From a virus: a DNA stretch of 45,725 nucleotides. Shown one piece after another: positions 8,532-16,711 of the stretch; the stretch's first letter is position 1, and every line of letters begins with the position of its first letter. The stretch lies in the IMG/VR virus record IMGVR_UViG_3300037419_000575. One strand, given 5' to 3'. Below the pieces are notes generated by a model, which saw nothing but the letters and a program-made list of their open reading frames with translations, did not search any database and was not told the origin of the DNA. The translations under genes and the position numbers were made by a program.

Positions 8532-8869
8532 GCTGGCCTCTCAATCGTGACATTGAAGCTCGCCAACAGCATCTCATCGCGCTCGATCAGGAGCGCCAAG
8601 GCGGCCTGAAGGTCGAGGCTGCCGACCGAGATGAAGTCCGCGGTGTAGCCACTCCCGACGAAAATCTGGCCGATCCTGTCGGCCGCGAGGGCACGGAGGC
8701 GGCGGAGGCGCGGGAGACGGTTGGCGGCGGTGCCGACCCGCCGAGCTTCTGCTTCGGTCAGCGGCTCTCGGTCGGGGACGACGGTGGGGAGCTGAGTCCG
8801 GGGTGAAATGCCTGGTCCACCGGCGTCGTGTGGCCGGTCAGGTCGATCCCGCTGATCCCCTTCACCCAT
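8528..8869 (-). CDS. hypothetical protein, 5' end uncertain
   Basis: GC3-rich only downstream of the i-spanin stop (8758). The only ATG/GTG/TTG start is ATG 8869, which sits on the o-spanin stop (AATGGGTGA). A CTG overlaps the i-spanin TGA. Confidence 0.4.
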   Translation of the reverse strand: MGEGDQRDRPDRPHDAGGPGISPRTQLPTVVPDREPLTEAEARRVGTAANRLPRLRRLRALAADRIGQIFVGSGYTADFISVGSLDLQAALALLIERDEMLLASFNVTIERPA

Positions 8870-9357
8870 TTGATGAGTTCGTCGAGCTGGATGGCCTGCT
8901 CGGTTGCGATGAGGGCGTCTGAGGGAGGAAGTCCAGCTTCCGGGGCGGGACCAGAAGGTCCGCCGGCGGGGCCGGGAACGCCGGGCACTGGCGCTGCTCC
9001 GGGACCGCCTTGATCGGCTCCGGCCGTTCCGTGCGGTTGCTGCACGCGCTCAGCGCGAGCGCGAGCGTCAGCAATGCGCGCTTCATAGGATGTCTGCCTT
9101 TCGTGGCCGACCGCCGCCGCCTCGCGCTCGACGCGGGCCTGGTTGGCTGCGTCGTCGCTGCGGGCCTGCTCGGCCGCCTTGCTGTAGTTGATGATTGTCT
9201 GGAGGAACGCGCCGTGCTCGCCCTCATACTTCTGCTGCCAGGAGACGGCCGAAGCGTGCTGGTGGTGGGTCTTGTGGACCTGGAGGCCGAGGAGCGCGAC
9301 GAGCACGAGGCTCAGTGCGATCCCGGCCGGTCCGAAGAGACGGAAGATCAGGCCCAC
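8758..9357 (-). CDS. i-spanin (Rz-like)
   Basis: 199 aa with an N-terminal TM (GLIFRLFGPAGIALSLVLVALLGL), a charged helical region and a Pro/Gly linker. It fully contains a lipoprotein ORF in another frame. GTG start. Confidence 0.65.
   Translation of the reverse strand: MGLIFRLFGPAGIALSLVLVALLGLQVHKTHHQHASAVSWQQKYEGEHGAFLQTIINYSKAAEQARSDDAANQARVEREAAAVGHERQTSYEARIADARARAERVQQPHGTAGADQGGPGAAPVPGVPGPAGGPSGPAPEAGLPPSDALIATEQAIQLDELIKWVKGISGIDLTGHTTPVDQAFHPGLSSPPSSPTESR
8862..9086 (-). CDS. o-spanin (Rz1-like lipoprotein), embedded in the i-spanin gene
   Basis: The internal ATG at 9086 gives MKRALLTLALALSAC..., a signal peptide with lipobox LSAC, then a Pro-rich 74-aa product. It lies entirely within 8758-9357 in another frame. 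Confidence 0.75.
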   Translation of the reverse strand: MKRALLTLALALSACSNRTERPEPIKAVPEQRQCPAFPAPPADLLVPPRKLDFLPQTPSSQPSRPSSSTNSSNG

Positions 9358-9635
9358 GTCCGCGCGTCCTTGATCTGCTCCCGCGGGTCCGGGGACACAC
9401 CGTCACCAGGGATGTGGTGGTTCACGGCGCGGGGGTCCTGGATGATGGTCTCCCCCTGCTGAACCGGGAGCAGCTTCGGGTAAATCCAGAGGACTACCGG
9501 AGGCTCCTTGGTCGGCGGAAGGATCGGACCAGGACCGACTTGAGGGGCGGCCTGGGCGAAGGCCGGCGCGGTGGCCGCGCAGGACGCCGTCATGGCAAGC
9601 ACGAGGCCCGCCACGGCGAGACGGAATTGCTTCAT
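9348..9635 (-). CDS. secreted small protein (signal peptide)
   Basis: The internal ATG at 9635 gives MKQFRLAVAGLVLAMTASCAATAPAFA-QA... (95 aa). It has an ATGA overlap with the upstream ORF. Confidence 0.5.
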   Translation of the reverse strand: MKQFRLAVAGLVLAMTASCAATAPAFAQAAPQVGPGPILPPTKEPPVVLWIYPKLLPVQQGETIIQDPRAVNHHIPGDGVSPDPREQIKDARTWA

Positions 9636-9877
9636 GTTGACTGCTTTCGGTCGTAGATGATGTAAGCCGCGAGCGCTCCGAGGAGCGCCGCGAGGCCGCC
9701 GGGGTAGCCCGACACGCCGAGGTCGATCTCCTTGCCCAGGTGGACGTTCCAGCCAGCGGCGCCGAGGACGGAGGCCGTGATGATCCAGCCGGCTACTCTG
9801 CCGGGATCGAGATGGCCGTTCGTGGCGTCGTAGAAGAGGTCCTTGAGGCGCTCTGAGAGCCAACGGAGGAACCTCAT
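9632..9877 (-). CDS. holin-like protein with two TM segments
   Basis: The internal ATG at 9877 gives an 81-aa product with two hydrophobic segments (VAGWIITASVLGAAGW; GGLAALLGALAAYIIY) and a charged tail, DRKQST. It is adjacent to the spanins. Confidence 0.45.
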   Translation of the reverse strand: MRFLRWLSERLKDLFYDATNGHLDPGRVAGWIITASVLGAAGWNVHLGKEIDLGVSGYPGGLAALLGALAAYIIYDRKQST

Positions 9878-10035
9878 TCGCCGATCCCCTGCTCCTGGAC
9901 CCACTCAGCCCAAGCCCAATCGGGCGCCGAATGGGTCGGCGAGGGGACCTGAGGGTGGCCTTTGGGGCAGATGAGCTTGCTGTTCCTGCCGCATCGCGTC
10001 TGGCTCAGTCGCGAGCCGCAAACGCGACAGTTCAT
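9874..10035 (-). CDS. small zinc-ribbon-like protein
   Basis: MNCRVCGSRLSQTRCGRNSKLICPKGH... (53 aa, CxxC...C...C). ATGA overlaps at both ends. Confidence 0.4.
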   Translation of the reverse strand: MNCRVCGSRLSQTRCGRNSKLICPKGHPQVPSPTHSAPDWAWAEWVQEQGIGE

Positions 10036-10163
10036 CGGCGGACCTTGGCGACCGCCGCGGTCACACCCCAGACGATGAGGATGATGACAAGGACGGCCGC
10101 GAAGGTTCCAAGCTCGAGAACAGCTTTCGCCACCCAGAGCTGGAGCGCGTCGTGGAAGCTCAT
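10032..10163 (-). CDS. 43-aa single-TM protein
   Basis: MSFHDALQLWVAKAVLELGTFAAVLVIILIVWGVTAAVAKVRR. Coupled starts and stops on both sides. Confidence 0.35.
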   Translation of the reverse strand: MSFHDALQLWVAKAVLELGTFAAVLVIILIVWGVTAAVAKVRR

Positions 10164-10426
10164 CAGATGAAGCGCTCGAGTTCCGCGATCTGGTCCTCGA
10201 TGACCGAGGCGATACTGTGGCCCGTGCCAATGCGGTCGCTGAGCTGATAGATGGAACCAACGGGGGAGGTGCCGCCAGCGGAGCCGGCGTCCTCCGGGGC
10301 AACTCCGCGGATGCGGTCGAGAATGTCCGAAATGCTGCTCGAGATCGCTTCGAGACGACCATTGAGGTTGCCCACGAAATCGACTTCCTCGTCGAGCTTA
10401 CGCATGGCTGAAACTGTGCTGTTCAT
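10163..10426 (-). CDS. hypothetical protein
   Basis: 87 aa. ATG overlaps the HNH stop (ATGA). GC3-rich. Confidence 0.5.
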   Translation of the reverse strand: MNSTVSAMRKLDEEVDFVGNLNGRLEAISSSISDILDRIRGVAPEDAGSAGGTSPVGSIYQLSDRIGTGHSIASVIEDQIAELERFI

Positions 10427-10740
10427 TGAGATGCTCCTGTGACTCGCACGCCTTCCCTCAAGGTCGCGTAGAAGGACGCGATGTCCCTTAGCTCACTGAT
10501 CGAGGCGTCCGATTTGAGCCGGTTGGCTCGGTTGCTGATGACGATGACGTTGCCGGGCACATAGCCGCGCTCCGGCTTGATCTTGTCGAGGGACGGTGAA
10601 TTGTCCCCCCCGCCCTTCCCTTTCTTGGGGAAGAGCGGGATGCCCAGGATCGGGCAATGGGAGGGGATGACGATGTCCTTGACGGTGATCGTGAACGGGA
10701 CGTCGGCGACGCGGGCTCGAACGCGGGCGTTCTGGAGCAT
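10423..10740 (-). CDS. HNH-family (His-Me finger) endonuclease
   Basis: The internal ATG at 10740 gives 105 aa. ..CPILGIPL...SPSLDKIKPERGYVPGNVIVISNRANRLK.. matches the phage HNH pattern. Confidence 0.6.
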   Translation of the reverse strand: MLQNARVRARVADVPFTITVKDIVIPSHCPILGIPLFPKKGKGGGDNSPSLDKIKPERGYVPGNVIVISNRANRLKSDASISELRDIASFYATLREGVRVTGASQ

Positions 10741-10765
10741 GACGTAGCGCGGGTCCCGCGGCTTC

Positions 10766-12763
10766 CTAGTGCGTGTCCGCCCAGGTGCGCCCGACGTCGG
10801 CCGACCCGGCAAGCGGGCAGCGGAGGTCGAAGGCCTCTCCGGCGGCACGGATGGCGTCGGCCGCAATCGCGCCGACTTCCTCCGCATATTCAGGTTGGAC
10901 CTCCATCTGGAACTCATCGTGGACGTTGGCGACGAAAGCGAACTCCCGGCCGTGCTGCCAGCCTCTCTCGAGGAGGGCGTCGTAGGTCAGGACCAGCGCC
11001 TTCTTCATCACGACCGCACCGCCGCCCTGGAGCAGCGTGTTGAGCGCGGCGTGCTGCGCGCGGACGTTGAGCATCCGGCCGTCGTGGCTGCGGAGCTGCT
11101 TGGTCGAGCGGGCGACCTGCTTGATGGCCTTCTGGAGTTCACCCAGGGCCGGCAGGCTGCTTTCGATCCGCTTCCGCTTGGCGCTTCCGAGGTTCGCTAT
11201 CGCCCGCTCTCGCGCGTTGCCGGGCGGGTGCTTGCTGTTGAAGACGGCGCGCTGCTGCTCCGTCATGTCGTCGTAGGCGATCTTGCCGAGCTTCAGGTCG
11301 CCGGCCCCGTAGAGGTAGGCGTAGGTCCAGGTTTTCGCGTTGTAGCGGCTGTTGAGCCCGATGGCCTTGCGGTTGACGGAGTGGACGTCGGTCCCGTCCG
11401 CCTTCTTGCCGTTGACGACGGTCTCGACATAGGAGCCCTCGTCATAGCGGGCCATGTAGTGGGCCAGCTCGCGAAGCTCGAGGCCCGCGGCATCGACGCC
11501 GACGAGCTTGAGCCCCGGCGCTGCGCCGAACAGGCTCCGTGCCTCGACCCCGTAGCCGCCCTCGAACCCGAGCAGCGGCTTGTCATTATCGTCGACGCGG
11601 ATCGCCGGCACTTGGGCCATGTTTGGCCCCGAGTGCGTCATCCGTCCGGTGACAGCGCCGTTGGTGTTGACCCGGCCGTGCATCCGGCCGTCCGGCTTTA
11701 CCCGCTTGAGCCAGGCCTCGTCGCCGGTGGCGAGTTGCCCGAGCCGCTTGTCGACGGTCAGGTAGCGGATGAGGAGCTTGGCCGCGGGATAGTCGAGCCC
11801 GCCGAGCGTGGTTTCGTCGACCTTCGGCTTGCCGGTCGGGGTGTAGTCCACCGGGGTCCAGCCGAACAGGTTGATGAGCCGGTTGGCGATCTTGTCGCGC
11901 GAGCCGGGCTCGAACGAGACCAGCTTGACCTTGCAGTAGGGCGCGTCGGTCGTTCGTTCCTCGATGATCTGGTGATCGTCGGCGACGGCCTTGCGGCGCT
12001 GGCTGCGCTTGGGCTCGACCACGACGATCTTGCCCTTGTAACGCACCGGCTCGAACCACGGGTCGAACGCCGCCCGGAGTTGGTCCTCTAAGCGTGCCTT
12101 TTCGGCAGTCAGTTCGATCTCCAGCCGTTCCGCCGCGGGGCGGTCGAACCAGAAACCGTGGCGCTCCTGGAGGAAGATGATCTCGGCTACCCGGTGCTCG
12201 AGGCGGATCGCCTCCTCCGAGTAGTTCTGCTCCTCGATCTTCTCGACCAGCGCGAGCGTGACCTCCGGGTCCTGGACGCCGTAGTCCTGCATCTCCTGGG
12301 TGAAGACGTCCCACGAGCCATTATGCTCGCCCTTGTGGAGCCCGAGGCGGTAGCCCCAGGCTTCCAGCGAGTGACGGCCGATCAGCTTCTTCTCGCGGAA
12401 CTCCTCGGGCCGCCGGCGCTTCTTCAGCGCGCGGAGGTCGATGTCCTCGAGGTCCGTCCAGATCAGTCGCGACACGACCAGCGTGTCGAGGATGCGGTCG
12501 GGATGGACGTAGAAGCCGGGGAAGAACTTGGCGATCAGCGGGAGGTCGTGCTTGATGACGTTGTGACCGGCGACGGTGCCCCCGGCTGCGACCGCCGCTT
12601 CGAGACGGGCGACGCCCTGCTTGAGCGTGCCCGTCCGCGGAACGATGATCGCATTGTCGTGGTAACTTTCCCGAGCGCCCGTCAAACGGTCGATCAGGTT
12701 GATGACGTGGAGCTTCGTGGCGTCGTTGAGGAAGCCGTCGGACTCCGTATCGAATACGATCAT
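10766..12763 (-). CDS. family A DNA polymerase (T7 gp5-like) with 3'-5' exonuclease domain
   Basis: 665 aa. MIVFDTESDGF.. is the Exo I motif, and Pol A palm/finger motifs are present (..HDEFQ..). Confidence 0.9.
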   Translation of the reverse strand: MIVFDTESDGFLNDATKLHVINLIDRLTGARESYHDNAIIVPRTGTLKQGVARLEAAVAAGGTVAGHNVIKHDLPLIAKFFPGFYVHPDRILDTLVVSRLIWTDLEDIDLRALKKRRRPEEFREKKLIGRHSLEAWGYRLGLHKGEHNGSWDVFTQEMQDYGVQDPEVTLALVEKIEEQNYSEEAIRLEHRVAEIIFLQERHGFWFDRPAAERLEIELTAEKARLEDQLRAAFDPWFEPVRYKGKIVVVEPKRSQRRKAVADDHQIIEERTTDAPYCKVKLVSFEPGSRDKIANRLINLFGWTPVDYTPTGKPKVDETTLGGLDYPAAKLLIRYLTVDKRLGQLATGDEAWLKRVKPDGRMHGRVNTNGAVTGRMTHSGPNMAQVPAIRVDDNDKPLLGFEGGYGVEARSLFGAAPGLKLVGVDAAGLELRELAHYMARYDEGSYVETVVNGKKADGTDVHSVNRKAIGLNSRYNAKTWTYAYLYGAGDLKLGKIAYDDMTEQQRAVFNSKHPPGNARERAIANLGSAKRKRIESSLPALGELQKAIKQVARSTKQLRSHDGRMLNVRAQHAALNTLLQGGGAVVMKKALVLTYDALLERGWQHGREFAFVANVHDEFQMEVQPEYAEEVGAIAADAIRAAGEAFDLRCPLAGSADVGRTWADTH
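12089..12105 (-). promoter_or_regulatory. intragenic copy of the candidate phage promoter motif
   Basis: The minus strand reads CCGAAAAGGCACGCTTA, with a perfect AGGCACGCT core, inside the DNA polymerase ORF. Confidence 0.3.
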
Positions 12764-12770
12764 GGGCCTC

Positions 12771-13193
12771 CTAGCGGGAGTAGGAGGTGATCTTTCCTCC
12801 GGTGTAGACGTCGATCTGGGCGGCGATCTCGACGGCCTGCCGAGCAGTCGCTCCGGCCTTCATGGCGCCGAGCGCGGCCGTCCGCCCCGTTCCAATGGCA
12901 AACGGGGGTTTGACGACGAGAGCAGCCGTGAGGTCGCCCTCATAAACCTCCACGCGCCCGTTCTTCCTGAGCCTCAGCAGCGTGAAGTCACCGCGGACTT
13001 GCTCAGGATGCTTCGGGTCTGCCTGGAGCGCACGGACGGCGCGCTCCGCGTGCATTGTGCGGCCTGCCATGCCGACAATTGATCCGTCGGGCAGCGGGAA
13101 GACCTTCCGGCGCGTCGAGCCTGTAATGTCGTCATCGTTGGTCGACCGCCCGTCGCCGGCCAACATCCGTCCGTCGGTGGCGATGGTGGTCAT
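12771..13193 (-). CDS. HslV / proteasome-beta-like Ntn hydrolase
   Basis: 140 aa starting MTTIATDG (Thr directly after Met). ..LAGDGRST.., ..GMAG.. and ..FAIGTGRTAALGAM...IAAQIDVYTGG parallel HslV blocks. Confidence 0.7.
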   Translation of the reverse strand: MTTIATDGRMLAGDGRSTNDDDITGSTRRKVFPLPDGSIVGMAGRTMHAERAVRALQADPKHPEQVRGDFTLLRLRKNGRVEVYEGDLTAALVVKPPFAIGTGRTAALGAMKAGATARQAVEIAAQIDVYTGGKITSYSR

Positions 13194-13564
13194 TACCGGC
13201 CGATGATCTGGGCGACCGCGTCGCGGGCGCTGCTGGCCTTCTCGAGGTGCGTGTGGAGGCTATCGAGCTTCGTCAGGATGCGATCCTCGCGACGGTTGAA
13301 GGCCGCTTCGAGAGAAGCGTCGAGCGCGTCGATGGTCGTGGCGACGAAGACGGTGATCCGGTCGTAGGCTGCCGCGAGGCGCTGAAGTGCCGTGCGGCGG
13401 CTGTAGGAGTTCTTCGCCAGGGCCACCGCCTGTTCCTCGAGGTAGCCTTCGAGGTGGATCGTGAGGTTGTCGAAGCGGTAGGCGAGCGTCTCGAGCTTCT
13501 TGGTCAGCGCTTCGGCCGACGGGATCAGCGCGAGGGCAGTCGTGTAGTAGAGCTTTCTGAGCAT
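13193..13564 (-). CDS. hypothetical helical protein
   Basis: The internal ATG at 13564 with AAGGA-N6 gives 123 aa. The track extension to 13912 overlaps two better ORFs. Confidence 0.5.
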   Translation of the reverse strand: MLRKLYYTTALALIPSAEALTKKLETLAYRFDNLTIHLEGYLEEQAVALAKNSYSRRTALQRLAAAYDRITVFVATTIDALDASLEAAFNRREDRILTKLDSLHTHLEKASSARDAVAQIIGR

Positions 13565-13575
13565 TGGCGTCCTTA

Positions 13576-13818
13576 TCAGTTGGCAAACTGTGAGCGGATG
13601 GCCTGCCAGACCGTCCGCCCGTTGAAGATGCGACGCAGCGCGTAGGAGCGCACGACGCTGACGATGGTGAAGAAGACCCCGATCAGGCCGAGTTCGTGGA
13701 GGTTCACGGGAACCCCGAGCACGGCGGGCAGGATCAGGATGTTGGCGATGAAGTTGATCCCGAAGCCGATCACGACGTTGGTCAGCGACTCCATCACCGA
13801 GTCGGTGCGGGACTGCAT
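13576..13818 (-). CDS. small membrane protein
   Basis: 80 aa with two hydrophobic segments (VVIGFGINFIANILILPAVL; LIGVFFTIVSVV). Confidence 0.5.
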   Translation of the reverse strand: MQSRTDSVMESLTNVVIGFGINFIANILILPAVLGVPVNLHELGLIGVFFTIVSVVRSYALRRIFNGRTVWQAIRSQFAN

Positions 13819-14015
13819 CAGGAGTTGATGCGCCCGGTGCAGAGCGAGCGTGTAATGGTCTTGAGCTGTCCGCCGAAGTCCTCGAACACACCTTCCTCAA
13901 TGGCCGTTGCAATCACGATGATGACCACGAAGAGGGGCAGAAACAGGAGCACCGATCCGGCTAGAAGTCGGACGCCCCACGGCCGCTGCAGGAGGTAGTT
14001 AACTAGCTCCTTCAT
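13818..14015 (-). CDS. small membrane protein
   Basis: MKELVNYLLQRPWGVRLLAGSVLLFLPLFVVIIVIATAIEEG... (65 aa). ATGA overlap upstream. Confidence 0.45.
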   Translation of the reverse strand: MKELVNYLLQRPWGVRLLAGSVLLFLPLFVVIIVIATAIEEGVFEDFGGQLKTITRSLCTGRINS

Positions 14016-14545
14016 GCTGGCCGGGAGCCTCGCGAGACCGGATAGCCTTCGTCCCGCTCCAGCTCCTCCTGAAGCAGCGCGAGGGCGCGCCACGCGAGGT
14101 AGGCGGAGTGGCGGATGCCGTCCTTGTCCTTGCCGCCGGCGTCGATCAGGTGCCGCGTGATCTTGTTGCGGTGGTCCGTCGACTTGCCCCGAGCCCAATG
14201 CATGGGCTGGCCGGGGTTGTGCTTCTCGTTGCCGTGCTTGGAGACCTTAGAGACCTCCGCGAGGGCGTTGGGGAAGTAGTCGATGAGCCCGTCGGCCATC
14301 GGAAAGGCGCCGCGGAGGGCGTCGTCCTCGGGGAGCGAGTTCGTCGTCAGGCTCTCCGAATACGGAGTCGAAGGAACGCTGAGGCCGGACGTGCGATAAC
14401 GATATTGTGAGCCGACGTTCCAGGTGGGAAAGGGGATGTCATACCACTCACCAGCAACTAGAACTTGAATAGACCGTGGCTTGCCAAAGGCTTTCGGCGC
14501 TCGGCCTTCCACCGGCGGAGAATAGTGGAACCAATCAGAAGTCAT
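14012..14545 (-). CDS. protein with a C-terminal all-alpha NTP pyrophosphohydrolase-like domain (DUF5664 / dATP-dGTP diphosphohydrolase type)
   Basis: The ATG at 14545 gives 177 aa. ..LIDYFPNALAEVSKVSKHGNEKH...WARGKS..ITRHLID...DGIRHSAYLAWRALALLQ.. fits the family pattern from memory. Confidence 0.5.
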   Translation of the reverse strand: MTSDWFHYSPPVEGRAPKAFGKPRSIQVLVAGEWYDIPFPTWNVGSQYRYRTSGLSVPSTPYSESLTTNSLPEDDALRGAFPMADGLIDYFPNALAEVSKVSKHGNEKHNPGQPMHWARGKSTDHRNKITRHLIDAGGKDKDGIRHSAYLAWRALALLQEELERDEGYPVSRGSRPA

Positions 14546-16208
14546 TCGTTCGTGTCTCATCCTTGAAGTTGTTCCCCCCCTCGTCCGCCAGCGCGACCTC
14601 CTGGAAGAGGCCGGTCTCGCGGTCGTAGCCGAGCCCGAAGCGGAACCCCTGAGCGTCCCCCGTCTCGCGCTCCTTGAGGACGCGGAAGGTGGTCGGCTCG
14701 TCGGGCTCCTGCTTGTTGCGCTCGAGGGCGAAAAGGTTGTGGCTCCAGCGCGCGATGGCGCGGGACCCGGTGAAGTGCTTCTCCAGCACGCGCCCGCCTT
14801 CCTCATGGGCGGTGCCCGTCGGGGTCGTCAGGTGCGAGATGAAGTGGAGCGTGAACTCGTGCTGCTCGACCAGGCTGGCGAGGTCCGCCATGATCTCGTC
14901 GAGCGCCTTGCGGTCGTCCTCGGCGGTCGCGATGAGCGCCGTGAGGTGGTCGAGGAAGACGTCCTTGATGCCCTCTCCGAGGACCATGTAGCGGATCACG
15001 TCCTTGATCCCGTCCCAATCCTTGGCGCCGAAGTGGCGGTAGCGGAACAGGTAGGGCTCGAGGCTCCGCATCGCGGCCTCGACCTCGCTGGTGTCGAAGT
15101 CCACGCCGGGGATGTGGATGCGCTTGCCGACGATCATGCCGGCAAGGGTCCGCAAGGTTTTCTTCGGCGGCTCCTCAAGGAAGAGCGTGCCGATCCGCCG
15201 CGGCGACATCGCGTCCGGGCGAAGGGCGATCCCATCGTGGTCCGCGTTGAGGTGCGGGAGCATGGTCGACAGCGCGATCTGCTTGAACAGCGTGGTCTTG
15301 CCGACGCCGACGCCGGCGCCATAGCCGTAGAGTTCGCCGCGGCGGATGCCGTAGGTGGCCTCCGTCAGGGACCGCCAAGGCCACGGAAGCCCGAAGGCCG
15401 GCGGTAGCAGCGCGTCTTCGATGTCGTCGCTGACGCGAATGATGCCGTCCGGGCGGTAAGCCTGAGCGTCCCACGGGATGTTGACCAGCTCGCCTGAGCG
15501 GCCCGCCTGGACCATCTCGTTCGCGTCCTTGAGCGGGAGCTTGGCGATGAACACCTTGCCCGGCGTCAGGACCCGAGCGGCGGCCTCGGCGGCTTGCCGT
15601 CCGGGCTCGTCCATATCGAACATCAGGACCACGCGCTCGAACCGCTCGAGCCAATCGGCGGCCTGAGAGATCGCCTTGACGGCGCTCTTGGCTCCGTTGG
15701 GGAGCGTCACGACCGGCCACTTCAGACCTTGCGCCTGGGCGACGCTCATCGCGTCGATGTAGCCCTCGGTGATAACCACCATCTTCCCCGCGTCGCGCCA
15801 AAGGTGCTGTCCGGGGAGCGGAAGGGCCGCATCGGGGTCTCCGAGTATCTCGAAGGTCTTGTCCGGGTAGCGGAGCTTCTGCGCGACCGGGCGGCCCGTG
15901 GCGTCCGTCCAGTTCTCGATCTGGACCGGCTTGCCTCGGTAGGTGCCAACCCGATAGTTGAACTTCTCGACGGTCTTGAAGTCGATCTTGCGCTTCTTGA
16001 GGGGTTCGAGGTCGCCGCGGATCAGGCCCGTCGCGGGCTTCGGTGCGGCTTCCCGCGGCTCGGCCCCGTCGGCGGCCTGGTAGGCCGTCTCCTCGGGGCA
16101 CGAGAAGCAGTAGGAGTGCCCGTCGTCGTAGAACGCCCGGTTGTCCTTGCTGCCGCAGAAGTCGCAGGCGCCGTGATGGAGGAGAGCGGACTCAGTCTTG
16201 TGCTTCAA
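14535..16208 (-). CDS. bifunctional primase-helicase (T7 gp4-like)
   Basis: 557 aa with a Zn-finger (CDFCGS...CFSC), a TOPRIM region and Walker A (GAGVGVGKTT). TTG start preceded by AGGAAG-N7. Confidence 0.9.
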   Translation of the reverse strand: MKHKTESALLHHGACDFCGSKDNRAFYDDGHSYCFSCPEETAYQAADGAEPREAAPKPATGLIRGDLEPLKKRKIDFKTVEKFNYRVGTYRGKPVQIENWTDATGRPVAQKLRYPDKTFEILGDPDAALPLPGQHLWRDAGKMVVITEGYIDAMSVAQAQGLKWPVVTLPNGAKSAVKAISQAADWLERFERVVLMFDMDEPGRQAAEAAARVLTPGKVFIAKLPLKDANEMVQAGRSGELVNIPWDAQAYRPDGIIRVSDDIEDALLPPAFGLPWPWRSLTEATYGIRRGELYGYGAGVGVGKTTLFKQIALSTMLPHLNADHDGIALRPDAMSPRRIGTLFLEEPPKKTLRTLAGMIVGKRIHIPGVDFDTSEVEAAMRSLEPYLFRYRHFGAKDWDGIKDVIRYMVLGEGIKDVFLDHLTALIATAEDDRKALDEIMADLASLVEQHEFTLHFISHLTTPTGTAHEEGGRVLEKHFTGSRAIARWSHNLFALERNKQEPDEPTTFRVLKERETGDAQGFRFGLGYDRETGLFQEVALADEGGNNFKDETRTNDF

Positions 16209-16413
16209 GAACGATTTCTTCCTGAGAGCTTGGGAGCGAGCCCCGATCTTCCAGCCACTTGTTGTCGGCCCACTCGACGGCGACGGACGTCGGGGGATAA
16301 TTGACAGCGATCCGAGCTACGTTCGCGGTCTCGAGCGAGTGACTCTCCGTTCGGAGCGTTCCGTCAATGTAGAGGCCCTCCCAATCGTCGCCGCGCACGA
16401 AAACCCATCTCAC
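16192..16413 (-). CDS. hypothetical protein
   Basis: 73 aa. GTG start overlaps the upstream stop (GTGA). GC3-rich. Confidence 0.5.
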   Translation of the reverse strand: MRWVFVRGDDWEGLYIDGTLRTESHSLETANVARIAVNYPPTSVAVEWADNKWLEDRGSLPSSQEEIVLEAQD

Positions 16414-16646
16414 GCTGCGCGCTCCGCTGAACGGGCAATCTGCCGTTCTCCGATGGAGACGTGGAGAGCGATCAGTCGCATCTGAGCGCGGCGCCGGCGG
16501 GCGCTGACGTGGAGCCAGCCCTTGGTCGGCCGCAGCGTGTCATAACTGCCGTCCTCGTGGAGCCTCGTCGGCTGCGGCTTGCCCTTCCACTTTTGACCGA
16601 GACGGCGCGACGAGGCGCGCCGGAGCTTACGGCCGAGGGTTGTCAC
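16410..16646 (-). CDS. hypothetical basic protein
   Basis: 78 aa, Arg/Lys-rich, GC3-rich, GTG start. Confidence 0.4.
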   Translation of the reverse strand: MTTLGRKLRRASSRRLGQKWKGKPQPTRLHEDGSYDTLRPTKGWLHVSARRRRAQMRLIALHVSIGERQIARSAERAA

Positions 16647-16711
16647 GCGGCCCGGTCCACGCGGGGATCGTCGACAGCGGCATCCGGGTCCCTTCCGGAA
16701 CCGCGACGCCC

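Noticed and set aside
9348-10917. Long 5' extensions of the track ORFs (9348-9863, 9874-10362, 10423-10917; likewise 13193-13912, 14012-14806, 26284-27318, 29100-29645)
   Set aside because: The extensions are Arg/Pro/Ser-rich, overlap better upstream ORFs in other frames, and lack an RBS. Internal ATG/GTG starts with Shine-Dalgarno sequences and 4-nt overlaps give compact, sensible proteins.
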